Shown here in pieces: positions 27,801-36,686 of a stretch of 64,000 nt of DNA (the first letter of the stretch is position 1; each line of letters begins with the position of its first letter). Origin of the DNA: Steroidobacteraceae bacterium (GTDB lineage Bacteria; Pseudomonadota; Gammaproteobacteria; Steroidobacterales; Steroidobacteraceae); assembly GCA_036494725.1 (NCBI GenBank), contig DASXNX010000116.1:794-64793 (forward strand), in the 5' to 3' direction. Below the pieces are notes generated by a model. That model saw nothing but the letters and a program-made list of their open reading frames with translations. It did not search any database and had not been told where the DNA came from. A program made the translations under genes and the position numbers.

Positions 27801-28073
27801 ACGCAGGCCGCGCTCGAGGCCGGCTTCGTGCGTCTACGGCCCGTCCTCATGACGGCGCTCGCCATGGTGATCGGCATGCTGCCCATGGCGCTCGGCTTCG
27901 GCGAGGGCGGCGAGCAAAACGCGCCCTTAGGGCGCGCCGTGATCGGCGGCCTCATATTCGCGACGGTTTCGACTTTGTTTTTCGTGCCGGTCGTGTTCAG
28001 CATCATTCACCGTAACTATCGTGCCCTGCCGGGGCCGGAAGCGAGCTTGGGAGAAGCCAATGTCCCCGCCTGA
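24879..28073 (+). CDS. RND efflux transporter permease subunit
   Basis: MLAIVRLALNRPYTFIVAALLVFLLGTLAALRMPVDIFPNINIPIIGV and the 12-TM/two-large-loop architecture are typical of AcrB/HAE-type pumps. Start at ATG 24879. The upstream 113 codons of the track ORF look non-coding. Confidence 0.9.
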   Translation: MLAIVRLALNRPYTFIVAALLVFLLGTLAALRMPVDIFPNINIPIIGVAFQYQGLPPDQMAGRVVTPFERALTTTVNDIEHIEANSYTTFGIIKIYFHNGANIATANAQVTAIAQTLLKQLPPGETPPLILNYSASTVPIIQLALSGKGLTEQNLADLGLNFVRTRLVTVQGAGIPYPFGGKTPQVMYDLDTNAMQSLALTGQDVANALAAQNLLTPAGTEKIGEYEYTVNLNNAPSKISELADLPIKNVHGTMVYMHDVAQVHNGSAVQTNIVHVDGNRSVLLSVFKNGSTSTLDIVSGIKKMLAVIKPSLPDELEVKTIGDQSLFVRASIQGVIREGVIAAALTSLMILLFLGSWRSTLIVTTSIPLSVLGAIGTLWALGETLNIMTLGGLALAVGILVDEATVTIESINYHLEQGKPVEQSIIDGASQIVVPAFVSLLCICIVFVPMFFLSGVARFLFVPMAESVMFAMVFSFLLSRTLVPTMAKYLLRAHPGHAQSHSHEPASRNPLVRMQQGFEARFMQMRAGYHALLTLAIQHRRIFLPGFLGFVLASFLLAPFLGRNFFPQVDGGQILMHVRAPVGMRIEETAARFNDVEKAIRSIIPPAETGAVVDNIGTYLSSINTVYNNTGTINESDGDIQISLNERHAPTPEYVSRLRSELPRRFPGLTFSFLPADIVSQILNFGAPAPIDLQVRGNDLNADFAYANKLLAQIRHVTGVADARIQQSAQLPTINVNIDRTRAQYTGVTAADVTNSLVVNLASSSQVAPTYWLNPKNGVTYPIALQTPQYQLDSLPALQNLPINATGAPTTVLGGIADIQRSRGDVVVSQYDISSMVDIFATVQGRDLGSVSSDIRGIIARNDKDKPKGSIIALVGQTATMYSAYSGLLFGLLGAVVLIYFLIVINFQSWTDPFVIITALPAALAGIVWMLFATHTTLSVPALTGAIMCMGVATANSVLVISFAREKLTEFGDATQAALEAGFVRLRPVLMTALAMVIGMLPMALGFGEGGEQNAPLGRAVIGGLIFATVSTLFFVPVVFSIIHRNYRALPGPEASLGEANVPA

Positions 28074-29265
28074 TCAAAGCACCGCCCGCCCGGATCAGCG
28101 CAGGCTGCGCCTGGCCGGCGTCTCCTTCGTGATACTCACCCTGGTGATCCTGGTCTACGGTTTGGTGTCGCGGGCGGCGCAAAATTCTCGCCTGCACGAC
28201 CTCACCGAGGCACAAGCCGTGCCGAACGTCGCGATCGCCGCTCCGAGCAGCGTGGAGAATCGCACCGGCCTCGATCTGCCCGGGCGGCTGGAGGCCTACA
28301 TCCGTGCTCCCATTTACGCGCGGGTACCGGGCTACTTGAAGAGCTGGAAGTACGACATCGGCAGCAGGGTCAAGGCGGGCGAGTTGCTCGCCGAGATCGA
28401 CACTCCCGATCTCGACCAGCAACTCATGCAGGCGCGGGCCGACTTGAACGTGGCGGAAGCAAATTCGAAACTTTCGGAGATCACCGCGAAACGCTGGCAG
28501 TCGTTGGCCGGCACCGATGCCGTCGCCACGCAAGACGTCGACCAGCGCACCTTCGCGTGGAATGCCAATATCGCCCAGGTGAAGGCGGCGAAAGCGAACG
28601 TCGATCGCCTGGTCGCCGAACAAGGGTTCACGCGCTTGATTGCGCCCTTCGACGGCATCGTCACGGCACGCGAGACCGATATCGGCCAGTTGATCAACGT
28701 CGGCGCCACCGGAGGCGCGGAGCTATTCGTGATCTCAGAGACGGCGAAGCTTCGCGTCTACGTGAATGTGCCGCAGAACTCCGTGCCAAGCGTACCTCCC
28801 GGCACCAAGGCGACGATCCGAGTGCCCGAGCAACCTGGCAAAACCTTTAGCGGAACGGTTGAGGCGTCTGCTCAGGCCGTGAATCCGAACACCGGCACGA
28901 CGCTGATGCAAATCATCGTCGATAACAGCGCCGGCGAAATGATGCCTGGAGACTATGCCAGCATCCGGCTGGAAGCGGCGCCGTCGGCGCACGTGCTCAG
29001 CGTGCCCTCGAGCGCGCTCATTTTCAATGCCCAGGGTCTCTCGATCGCCACGGTCAGCACCGACAATCGTGTCCTACTAAAGGCCGTGACCATTGAACGC
29101 GACCTGGGTGGAGTGGTCGAAATCGCCTCCGGTCTCGCCGAGCACGATCGGGTCATCCAAAATCCGCCCGACGGAATCGCCAACACCGATCTCGTGCACG
29201 TGGTCGGGCCCGCGCCCTCCTCGGTCGCGGCCGCGCGGCCCAAGAGTAAAGACGACCGTGGCTAG
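28060..29265 (+). CDS. RND efflux periplasmic adaptor (membrane fusion protein)
   Basis: Single N-terminal TM, lipoyl/hairpin motifs (PGYLKSWKYDIGSRVKAGELLAEIDTPDLDQQL, APFDGIVTARETDIGQLI). 14-nt overlap with the permease gene. Confidence 0.9.
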   Translation: MSPPDQSTARPDQRRLRLAGVSFVILTLVILVYGLVSRAAQNSRLHDLTEAQAVPNVAIAAPSSVENRTGLDLPGRLEAYIRAPIYARVPGYLKSWKYDIGSRVKAGELLAEIDTPDLDQQLMQARADLNVAEANSKLSEITAKRWQSLAGTDAVATQDVDQRTFAWNANIAQVKAAKANVDRLVAEQGFTRLIAPFDGIVTARETDIGQLINVGATGGAELFVISETAKLRVYVNVPQNSVPSVPPGTKATIRVPEQPGKTFSGTVEASAQAVNPNTGTTLMQIIVDNSAGEMMPGDYASIRLEAAPSAHVLSVPSSALIFNAQGLSIATVSTDNRVLLKAVTIERDLGGVVEIASGLAEHDRVIQNPPDGIANTDLVHVVGPAPSSVAAARPKSKDDRG

Positions 29266-30682
29266 AGTCCTGCTCCGGACCGCTGCGCTTGCACTCTTGC
29301 TCGAGGGCTGCTCCTTCGCGCCGCGCTTGCAGGTACCGGACGTGCCGACCGGTGACGCATACAAGGAGCTCGGACCATGGACGCGGGCCCAGCCGGCCGA
29401 TCGCCTGCCGCGCGACAACTGGTGGGCGCTGTACGAAACCCCGGAGATCGGGGAGCTGGAGCAGCGACTACTCGCCGGGAGCCCGACGCTGGCCGCGGCC
29501 CTCGCCAACTACGCACAGGCCACGGCCCTGAGCAATCAGGCGCGCGCGGGATTGTTCCCCACCCTGGGCTTGAATGCGGAGGCCGCGCGCACCCGCGAAT
29601 CTGCCAACGCGCCGCTCATTGGGCCGACGACGCAGCGCAGTTACAACAACTACACCCTCGGCGGGAGCGTGAGCTATGAGCTCGACCTCTGGGGACAAAT
29701 CCGCAACCAGGTCGCGGCGGGCGAAGCGAACGTCCAGGCGTCCGCGGCGGATCTGGAGAACGCGCGCCTCTCGCTGCTCGCTCAGCTGGTCGACGACTAT
29801 GTCCAGTTGCGCAGCCTCGACCGTGAGAATGCCATCCTCGATGACACGGTCACGGCCTTCGATCGCGCGCTCGGCTTGACCGAGCAGCGCCACGGCGCCG
29901 GCATTGCTGCCGGTCTTGACGTGGCTCAGGCACAGACCCAGCTCGACGCGGCGCGTTCGCAGGCGGCGCAGGTCCTCGCGCAACGCGCCCTCATGGAACA
30001 CGCGATTGCCGCACTCCTCGGCGTCTCGGCCTCGACATTCTCCATCGAGCCGGCCATCGTGGACGTTAAGCTACCGCAAATTCCGGCCGGCGTGCCAACT
30101 ACCCTCCTTGAGCGGCGACCCGACATCGCGGGCGCGCAGCGACGCATGATTGCCGCCAATGCAAGCATCGGTGTTGCGCGCGCGGCGTACTTCCCCTCGC
30201 TCACCTTGAACGCTCAAGGTGGATTCCAGAGCACCGCCGTGTCGAACTGGCTCACCGCGCCGAGCCGGTTCTGGGCGATTGGGCCCAACGCGCTGCTCAG
30301 CGTATTCGACGGCGGCCTGCGCCGAGCGCAGGTCGCGCAAGCTCGCGCCGAATTCGACGCTTCCGCAGCGGACTATCGGAGTGTCGTTGTCACCGCGTTT
30401 CAGCAGGTCGAGGACAGCCTCGCGGCCCTCAATCATTACTACGACGCAGCTCAACAGGAAAAAGCCGCCGTGAACGCGGCGCAGCGCACGCTGGATTTAT
30501 CGATGGCTCTTTACAAGCAAGGTGCCGCCGATTACCTCGCGGTCGTGACCTCGCAGACCGCTCTGCTGCAGGCACAGCTCCAGGCCCTCAATCTTGACAC
30601 GCTGCAATTGCGCGCCAGCGTTGACCTCGTACGGGCGCTCGGCGGCGGTTGGGAGGATACGCGGCGGTTGGCCACGCGATAG
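29258..30682 (+). CDS. Efflux outer-membrane factor lipoprotein (NodT family)
   Basis: GTG start, lipobox LLEGC, then the two-repeat OMF pattern (WWALYETPEI..., ERRPDIAGAQRRM...ALGGGW). 8-nt overlap with the adaptor gene. Confidence 0.9.
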   Translation: MARVLLRTAALALLLEGCSFAPRLQVPDVPTGDAYKELGPWTRAQPADRLPRDNWWALYETPEIGELEQRLLAGSPTLAAALANYAQATALSNQARAGLFPTLGLNAEAARTRESANAPLIGPTTQRSYNNYTLGGSVSYELDLWGQIRNQVAAGEANVQASAADLENARLSLLAQLVDDYVQLRSLDRENAILDDTVTAFDRALGLTEQRHGAGIAAGLDVAQAQTQLDAARSQAAQVLAQRALMEHAIAALLGVSASTFSIEPAIVDVKLPQIPAGVPTTLLERRPDIAGAQRRMIAANASIGVARAAYFPSLTLNAQGGFQSTAVSNWLTAPSRFWAIGPNALLSVFDGGLRRAQVAQARAEFDASAADYRSVVVTAFQQVEDSLAALNHYYDAAQQEKAAVNAAQRTLDLSMALYKQGAADYLAVVTSQTALLQAQLQALNLDTLQLRASVDLVRALGGGWEDTRRLATR

Positions 30683-30722
30683 GTGAGAGCTTCCTTTAAC
30701 ACCATCACAACTGGACCAACCC

Positions 30723-31052
30723 TTAGAACGCGCTCCATTCATTGACGGTCCAATAATTCCCGTCAGCGGAGAAGAACACCTTTAGTCGGTGCCCGCCCGC
30801 CGTGTTGTAGGAGTATTGCTTGCAAGTCCATTGCGCGCCGTTCTCGCCACACGTTCTCATTGAGATGGAATCAGGCTTCCCTATCTTCGCGACTACATCG
30901 GCTTCGCTCAAGCCTTGATCAAGCTGCGCGCCTTTCCATTCGGATGTGTTGGGAGTGCTCGGGCTGCTGGGAGCGCTCGGAGTGCCACCGTTGCTGTCCG
31001 ACAGGCAACCGGCAAGAACAGCGGAGGCAAACGCGATGCCCAGCGTTCTCAT
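30723..31052 (-). CDS. Small lipoprotein, function unknown
   Basis: MRTLGIAFASAVLAGC lipobox, S/P-rich linker, then an about 70-aa domain (LSEADVVAKIGKPDSI resembles SmpA/OmlA-type openings; weak). RBS AAGGGTGA before ATG 31052. Longer starts would abut the tRNA. Confidence 0.65.
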   Translation of the reverse strand: MRTLGIAFASAVLAGCLSDSNGGTPSAPSSPSTPNTSEWKGAQLDQGLSEADVVAKIGKPDSISMRTCGENGAQWTCKQYSYNTAGGHRLKVFFSADGNYWTVNEWSAF

Positions 31053-31089
31053 GTATTCACCCTTGGCCTTTCGGCGCATCAAGAGTAAG

Positions 31090-31182
31090 TGGCGGAGAGG
31101 GTGAGATTCGAACTCACGTGCCGGAATTACCCGACCATCCGATTTCGAGTCGGCGCCGTTATGACCACTTCGGTACCTCTCC
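31090..31182 (-). tRNA. tRNA-Ser (anticodon CGA)
   Basis: Minus-strand GGAGAGG...CCTCTCC-G-CCA with a 7-bp acceptor stem. T-arm GTGAG-TTCGAAT-CTCAC. Anticodon loop CT-CGA-AA. Long variable arm (GGTCGGG-TAAT-TCCGGC) typical of class II tRNA. Close to E. coli tRNA-Ser(CGA). Confidence 0.9.
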
Positions 31183-31376
31183 GGTTAAATCAAAATTTTC
31201 CGCGTTTACTTAAGTTTTTGCGGAGTTAACTTAAGCAAAATTTAGTTTTGATGCCCCGGGCAACCGGGCTAGAAACCCATTTGTCAAGGGTTCGCATCAA
31301 GGAATAATCGTTTATTCTAGCTTATCGGCAAAGGGCACGCCTCTCGAATAGAACTTGCCCGCCTCACGGGACTCTA

Positions 31377-32789
31377 ATGGACTTAACCGTGCGTAGTATA
31401 AACGTTCAAAAACACTGGCAGCGCTGGATAAAGCTGACGATTGCAATCTCCGCTCTCGTCCTGCTGAGCAGCTATGCGCCTCTACCCAGCATGATCGATC
31501 AGATCAAGATTCTGGGCGAGTTGCGCGTTGTCACGCGCACGGGTCCGCTAGCCTATTATCGCGGCCCGGATGGCATGCCGGTAGGGCCGGAGTACGAACT
31601 CGCGCGGCGCTTCGCCGACGAATTGGGTGTCAAGCTCAAGATTACTCCGATGCGGAGTTATGCGGACATCTATGCAGCATTGGCTTCCGGGCAAGCCCAC
31701 TTGGCGGCCGCCGGGCTGAAGGTCCCGCTGCAATCCATTCCCGGCATTGAGTTCGGCCCGGCATATCAGCACGTACGCGAGCATTTGATTTATCGACGCG
31801 GCGCGGTACGACCTGGATCGTTGGCCGAGATCGGCAACGCCGACCTGGAGATAGCCGCCGGAAGTTCCTACGCCAGGACCCTGGAGAACGCGCGCAATTC
31901 GCTGCCCGATTTGGTATGGGTGGAAAACGCCAGCACCAGCTCGCAGGCACTGCTGGATGGCGTGGCTGATGGGAGCATCGATTACACGATCGCCGATTCG
32001 ACCGAATTCGCATTGGCACATGATGCGGATCCGGACCTGCGTATTGCTTTCGATTTTCCGGAAATCAGATCGCTGGCATGGGCCGCAAGCACGCGCGATC
32101 CGGGCTTCGAGCGTGACATGGCGGATTATTTCTTGCGCCTGAAGGGCGACGGTGAACTTGCGGCCATCATCAAGCGCTACTACGGACGCACCGCGGATCC
32201 TGAGTTGGCGCTGGAACCCAATTTCATGCGGCACCTGCAGAGCCGCCTGCCGCTGTACAAACAATGGTTCGTGGAAGCCGCCGAGCAGAGCAGCCAGGAT
32301 TGGCGCTTACTGGCGGCGATCGGCTATCAAGAATCAAAATGGAATCCGAGCGCCGCTTCGTCCGCGGGTGCCAAGGGCTTGATGCAATTGACCAGCGAAA
32401 CCGCCAATGAGGCGAAGGTCACCAATGTGTCCGACGCGCGTCAGAGCATCTTCGGCGGGGCGCGCTACTTCCGTCAGGTGTACGAAAAAATCCCCGCGCA
32501 CGTGCCCGAACCGGATCGAACCTGGTTTGCACTCGCCGCCTACAATATCGGCTATGGGCATCTCGAAGATGCCCGGGTGCTCGCACAAAAGGCCGGCCGC
32601 GACCCGGATTCCTGGCAAAACGTCCGCGAATTTCTGCCGCTCTTGGAGCAAGAGCGCTGGTACTCGCAAACTGAGAACGGGTATGCGCGAGGATGGGAAC
32701 CCGTTCGCTACGTGGAAAATGTGCGCAGCTACCGAGACTTGCTCGAGTGGGCGTGGGGTGACGTCCCCAATGCGCCGGCACTGAACTAG
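31377..32789 (+). CDS. mltF: Membrane-bound lytic murein transglycosylase F
   Basis: N-terminal solute-binding-like domain (LRVVTRTGPLAYY) plus SLT domain with catalytic AIGYQESKWNPSAASSAGAKGLMQL. Adjacent to tadA, as in enterobacteria. Confidence 0.85.
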   Translation: MDLTVRSINVQKHWQRWIKLTIAISALVLLSSYAPLPSMIDQIKILGELRVVTRTGPLAYYRGPDGMPVGPEYELARRFADELGVKLKITPMRSYADIYAALASGQAHLAAAGLKVPLQSIPGIEFGPAYQHVREHLIYRRGAVRPGSLAEIGNADLEIAAGSSYARTLENARNSLPDLVWVENASTSSQALLDGVADGSIDYTIADSTEFALAHDADPDLRIAFDFPEIRSLAWAASTRDPGFERDMADYFLRLKGDGELAAIIKRYYGRTADPELALEPNFMRHLQSRLPLYKQWFVEAAEQSSQDWRLLAAIGYQESKWNPSAASSAGAKGLMQLTSETANEAKVTNVSDARQSIFGGARYFRQVYEKIPAHVPEPDRTWFALAAYNIGYGHLEDARVLAQKAGRDPDSWQNVREFLPLLEQERWYSQTENGYARGWEPVRYVENVRSYRDLLEWAWGDVPNAPALN

Positions 32790-33241
32790 CGTCGGCTCGC
32801 AAAGAACTGCCGCAGCAATTCGGCGGATTCCTCGCTGCACACCCCGCCGAATACATCCAGCCGATGCGTCAGCCGCGGTTCGCGCGGCAAATCAAGCACG
32901 CTGCCGCAGGCGCCGGCCTTCGAATCCCAGGCACCGAATACCACGCGCGATACGCGTGCATTTAGCGCGGCACCCACGCACATGGCGCAGGGTTCCAAAG
33001 TGGCATAGAGCGTGGTCTCCCCGAGACGATAATTGCGAAGGCGCTGCGCACCGGCGCGCAGCGCGATGATCTCCGCATGTGCGGTGGGATCGTTGCCGCC
33101 GATGGGCTGGTTCCACCCTTCACCGATGATTTCATCGCCAAAAACCAGAACTGCGCCGACCGGCACTTCGCCATCCTGCGCGGCGCGCCGCGCCAGCCCG
33201 AGAGCGTGCTGCATGAATCCGGTATCTCCGCGGGTGCTCAT
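32786..33241 (-). CDS. tadA: tRNA adenosine(34) deaminase
   Basis: CDA-fold zinc motifs HAEIIAL and PCAMCVGA. 151 aa. Confidence 0.9.
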   Translation of the reverse strand: MSTRGDTGFMQHALGLARRAAQDGEVPVGAVLVFGDEIIGEGWNQPIGGNDPTAHAEIIALRAGAQRLRNYRLGETTLYATLEPCAMCVGAALNARVSRVVFGAWDSKAGACGSVLDLPREPRLTHRLDVFGGVCSEESAELLRQFFASRR

Positions 33242-34518
33242 ATGGGCCCCGCGGCTTGCGCCCGGCGCCGCAGGTAGCGCGCGGCAAAAATAACGAGGTA
33301 AACCGCCAAGAGAGCGGCGGCGCTGTAGCCCAAGGAGTTATGGATGCCGATGCTCGCGCCGAGCAATCCGACGCTCAGACCGCTGAAGGTGCGCAGCCCG
33401 TTTGCGGCCATTTGGAACACGCCGATCACCCGGCCGCGGATCTTCTCGGGCGCATTGATTTGCACCAATGACTGCGCCATCGAATTGAAGCTCAGTTCGA
33501 CGAAACCGGCGACGAACAACAGAGTGATCGATAGTGCGTAGATATTCGAGCGCGCAAATCCGGCCAGGGCGCAGCACCAGATCATCGCCAAGATGAATGC
33601 GGTTCTCGCTTTAGGCGGCAACAGGCCGCGGCCTTCCAGTATCAGTCCGGCCACCAAGCCTCCCGCAGCATCGGCCCCCACGAGAATGCTATACGTGAAA
33701 TCCGCGCGCCCATGACCCAAATCGAGCGCGAATCCGGGCATTTGAGCTTGATAGGCGTTGCCGACAAAAAATGCAGCCGCACCCACGAGTACGGTCATTG
33801 CCAATAGCACGGGGCTCTGCGCGACTACCCGCATGGTCGAGAGGATATCGCCGAAGCCGCGAATAGCCATGGGACCCGGATCGCCTGCAGCCGGCGAGCC
33901 ATAGGGTGTCTTGATCAGCCAGATGAACAAAGGGGTGTAGATCAGGGCGTTGATAAAAATGCCGTACACCGGTCCACATAGCAACAATAGGCCCGCGCCG
34001 ATGGCCGGGCCGATCAGGAATGCCAGGTATCGACCGGTCGCGATCAGACGCACGGCGCTCGGCAACTGGTCCGCTCCCACGATCCGATGTATCAGCACTT
34101 GGGAGGCCGGTGCCCAGATCACGCCCGCCAGGCCATGCACGATCAACAGCAACATCGCCTTCCACTGCTCGGTCGTGTTGCTGAGAAACATGATGCCCCA
34201 GCCGATCGACACGCTCATGAACAGCAGCATGCTGATCTGAATCAGCCGCCGAATATCGAAACGATCGGCCAATGCGCCCGTGTATCCGCCGAGCAACAGA
34301 AACGGCAGCCAATGAGACACGACGGCAAACGCACCCAGGGCCGGCGAATGAAACTTCTGCCACAGCATCCAGTACGAAATCACGTGCTCGATGTTGTCCG
34401 CCATGAATGCGGCGCTGAAGGCCAGAAAATAAATTCTGAAATTCGGGTTGGCGAACGACGGAAAGGCGCGCCGCCTGGCGGCAAGCGCGGGCGTGGCGTC
34501 GATTGAGGGTTCAGGCAT
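33238..34518 (-). CDS. MFS transporter (EntS/MFS_3-like)
   Basis: NPNFRIYFLAFSAAFMADNIEHVISYWM...GALADRFDIRRL and a 12-TM pattern. ATGA-type overlap with tadA. Confidence 0.8.
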   Translation of the reverse strand: MPEPSIDATPALAARRRAFPSFANPNFRIYFLAFSAAFMADNIEHVISYWMLWQKFHSPALGAFAVVSHWLPFLLLGGYTGALADRFDIRRLIQISMLLFMSVSIGWGIMFLSNTTEQWKAMLLLIVHGLAGVIWAPASQVLIHRIVGADQLPSAVRLIATGRYLAFLIGPAIGAGLLLLCGPVYGIFINALIYTPLFIWLIKTPYGSPAAGDPGPMAIRGFGDILSTMRVVAQSPVLLAMTVLVGAAAFFVGNAYQAQMPGFALDLGHGRADFTYSILVGADAAGGLVAGLILEGRGLLPPKARTAFILAMIWCCALAGFARSNIYALSITLLFVAGFVELSFNSMAQSLVQINAPEKIRGRVIGVFQMAANGLRTFSGLSVGLLGASIGIHNSLGYSAAALLAVYLVIFAARYLRRRAQAAGPI

Positions 34519-34623
34519 CTCCCTAATTGTAGCCGAACTTCCGGGTCGAGCCGCCCGTCGGGAGGCGCAGCGTCGTAGAATACGCGCAGACTTTGGGAAG
34601 GATTACTTCAAGACGAGGCTTTC

Positions 34624-36672
34624 ATGCGAGGATTTCTGCTGGTTGCGGCGTGCGCGGCATCGTTATCCGCCTTCGCCGAGGAGGGGATGTGGACTTTCGA
34701 CAATTTTCCATCGGCCGCTGTGAACCACGCCTACGGGGCGGAAGTGACGCCCTCGTGGCTCGAGCATGTACAACTCTCGTTGCTGCGCCTGACGAATTGC
34801 ACCGCCTCCTTCGTCTCATCCACCGGGCTGATTCTCACCAACCACCACTGCATCGAAGCCTGTCTTGCCGAACAGTCGTCGAAGGAATCAAGTTTTCTCG
34901 AGCTGGGCTTGAACGCGTCGGCGCGAGCGGAGGAACGGAGCTGCGCCGCGCAGCGCGGCGACGTCCTGGTGGGCACCGAAAATATCACCGCCGCGGTCTT
35001 GAAGGCGGATTCGGGTCTCGGCGACGCCGCGGCCAACGATGCGCGAAAGAAATTACTCACCTCGCTGGAACAGGCTTGTCAGCAGGCGAGCATCAAGGCG
35101 AAGTCCGGCAAGCTCGAGTGTCAAGCCGTGAAGCTGTATCAAGGCGGCCAATACTTCCTTTACAAATATAAACGCTATGCGGATATTCGAATTGTTTTTG
35201 CGCCGGAGCAGGACATTGCCGCTTTCGGCGGAGATCCGGACAATTTTCAATTTCCCCGCTGGGCGCTCGACTTCGCGCTGTTGCGGGCCTACGAGAACAA
35301 CAAGCCGGCGACGACGCCAAACTATCTGCAAATCGATTTTGCGGGGCCGGCCGCCAACCAGCTCGTATTCGTCGCCGGCGATCCAGGCTCCACCGCGCGC
35401 CTGCAGACAAGATCGCAACTCGTCTTCGACCGCGACGTATCGCTGCCGATCACCTTGATGCGCGCGTCCGAGCTGCGGGGCCGCTACATCCAGTTCGGTA
35501 AAACAAATCCGGGCAACGAGCGCGTCGTGCAAGCCCCGCTCAACAGCCTGCAAAACGTCATCAAAGTGCGGCGCAAGGAACTCGATGCGCTCAATGACGA
35601 TGCGTTTCTGGCGGCGAAGTCAAAAGAAGAACAGGCCTTGCGTGCGAGCGCCCGGCTTAGCGGCGCCGATCCGTGGGCCGCGATCACGTCGGCAACCGTC
35701 CGCGATCGCGCCCTGTACCTTCCCTACACCTTCGTCGAGAACGGCGGGGGGTTCGGCAGCGCTCTGTTCCGTGACGCGCGCCTGTTGGTACGCGGCGCGG
35801 ACGAACGGTTGAAACCCAACAACGAGCGGCTGCGGGAGTTTACCGACGCCGCTCTGCCGGTGATGCTGACCGATCTTTTTGCGCAAGTGCCGGTTTATCC
35901 GGAATACGAGGAATTGACACTCTCTTTTTCGCTCGAGCGCATGCGCGAATGGCTGGGGCCGGATCATCCGATCGTGCGCAGGCTGATGTCCAAGGAATCG
36001 CCCGACGCCTTGGCGACGCGCTTGATCGCCGAAACCAAACTGGACGACGCGACGGTGCGCAAGCGCCTATGGGAGGGGGGCAAGGCCGCCATCGATGCAT
36101 CGCTCGATCCGATGATCGTGTTGGCCCGCTCCATCGACGGCGACGCGCGCGCGATTCGCAAGCAATACGAGGATGAGGTTGAAGCGCCGATCATCGCGGC
36201 CGCGCAGCGGATAGCGGCTGCCCGCTTCGCGGCGTACGGCACCAACACCTATCCGGACGCCACATTCACGCTGCGCTTGAACTATGGCACGGTTCAAGGT
36301 TGGCTTGAAGATGGCGTGCCGGTGGAACCGTTCACCCATCTTGACCGCGCTTTCGAACGGGCAACGGGCGCCTCGCCGTTCAAAATACCTGCCAGCTGGC
36401 TCAAGGCGAAAGCGCAGCTGGATATGAGTACGCCGTTCTGCTTTTCCACCAGCAATGACATCGTGGGGGGCAATTCGGGCAGTCCATTGATCGACGCCTC
36501 GGGAAAAATCGTTGGTCTGATGTTCGACGGTAACATCCATTCCGTCGCGGGACGCTATTGGTTCAATCCCGCGAATAATCGCGCCATTGCCTTGCACCCT
36601 GCGATCATTCGCGAAGCCTTGGAGAAAGTGTACGGCGCGAAGGGGGTTCTCGCGGAGCTCGGTGCAAAATAA
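34624..36672 (+). CDS. S46 family serine peptidase (dipeptidyl-peptidase 7/11-like)
   Basis: Signal peptide followed by the hallmark EEGMW. Catalytic regions TNHHC and GGNSGSPLIDASGKIVGLMFDGN. Confidence 0.85.
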   Translation: MRGFLLVAACAASLSAFAEEGMWTFDNFPSAAVNHAYGAEVTPSWLEHVQLSLLRLTNCTASFVSSTGLILTNHHCIEACLAEQSSKESSFLELGLNASARAEERSCAAQRGDVLVGTENITAAVLKADSGLGDAAANDARKKLLTSLEQACQQASIKAKSGKLECQAVKLYQGGQYFLYKYKRYADIRIVFAPEQDIAAFGGDPDNFQFPRWALDFALLRAYENNKPATTPNYLQIDFAGPAANQLVFVAGDPGSTARLQTRSQLVFDRDVSLPITLMRASELRGRYIQFGKTNPGNERVVQAPLNSLQNVIKVRRKELDALNDDAFLAAKSKEEQALRASARLSGADPWAAITSATVRDRALYLPYTFVENGGGFGSALFRDARLLVRGADERLKPNNERLREFTDAALPVMLTDLFAQVPVYPEYEELTLSFSLERMREWLGPDHPIVRRLMSKESPDALATRLIAETKLDDATVRKRLWEGGKAAIDASLDPMIVLARSIDGDARAIRKQYEDEVEAPIIAAAQRIAAARFAAYGTNTYPDATFTLRLNYGTVQGWLEDGVPVEPFTHLDRAFERATGASPFKIPASWLKAKAQLDMSTPFCFSTSNDIVGGNSGSPLIDASGKIVGLMFDGNIHSVAGRYWFNPANNRAIALHPAIIREALEKVYGAKGVLAELGAK

Positions 36673-36686
36673 CGCCGGCGGCTGAT

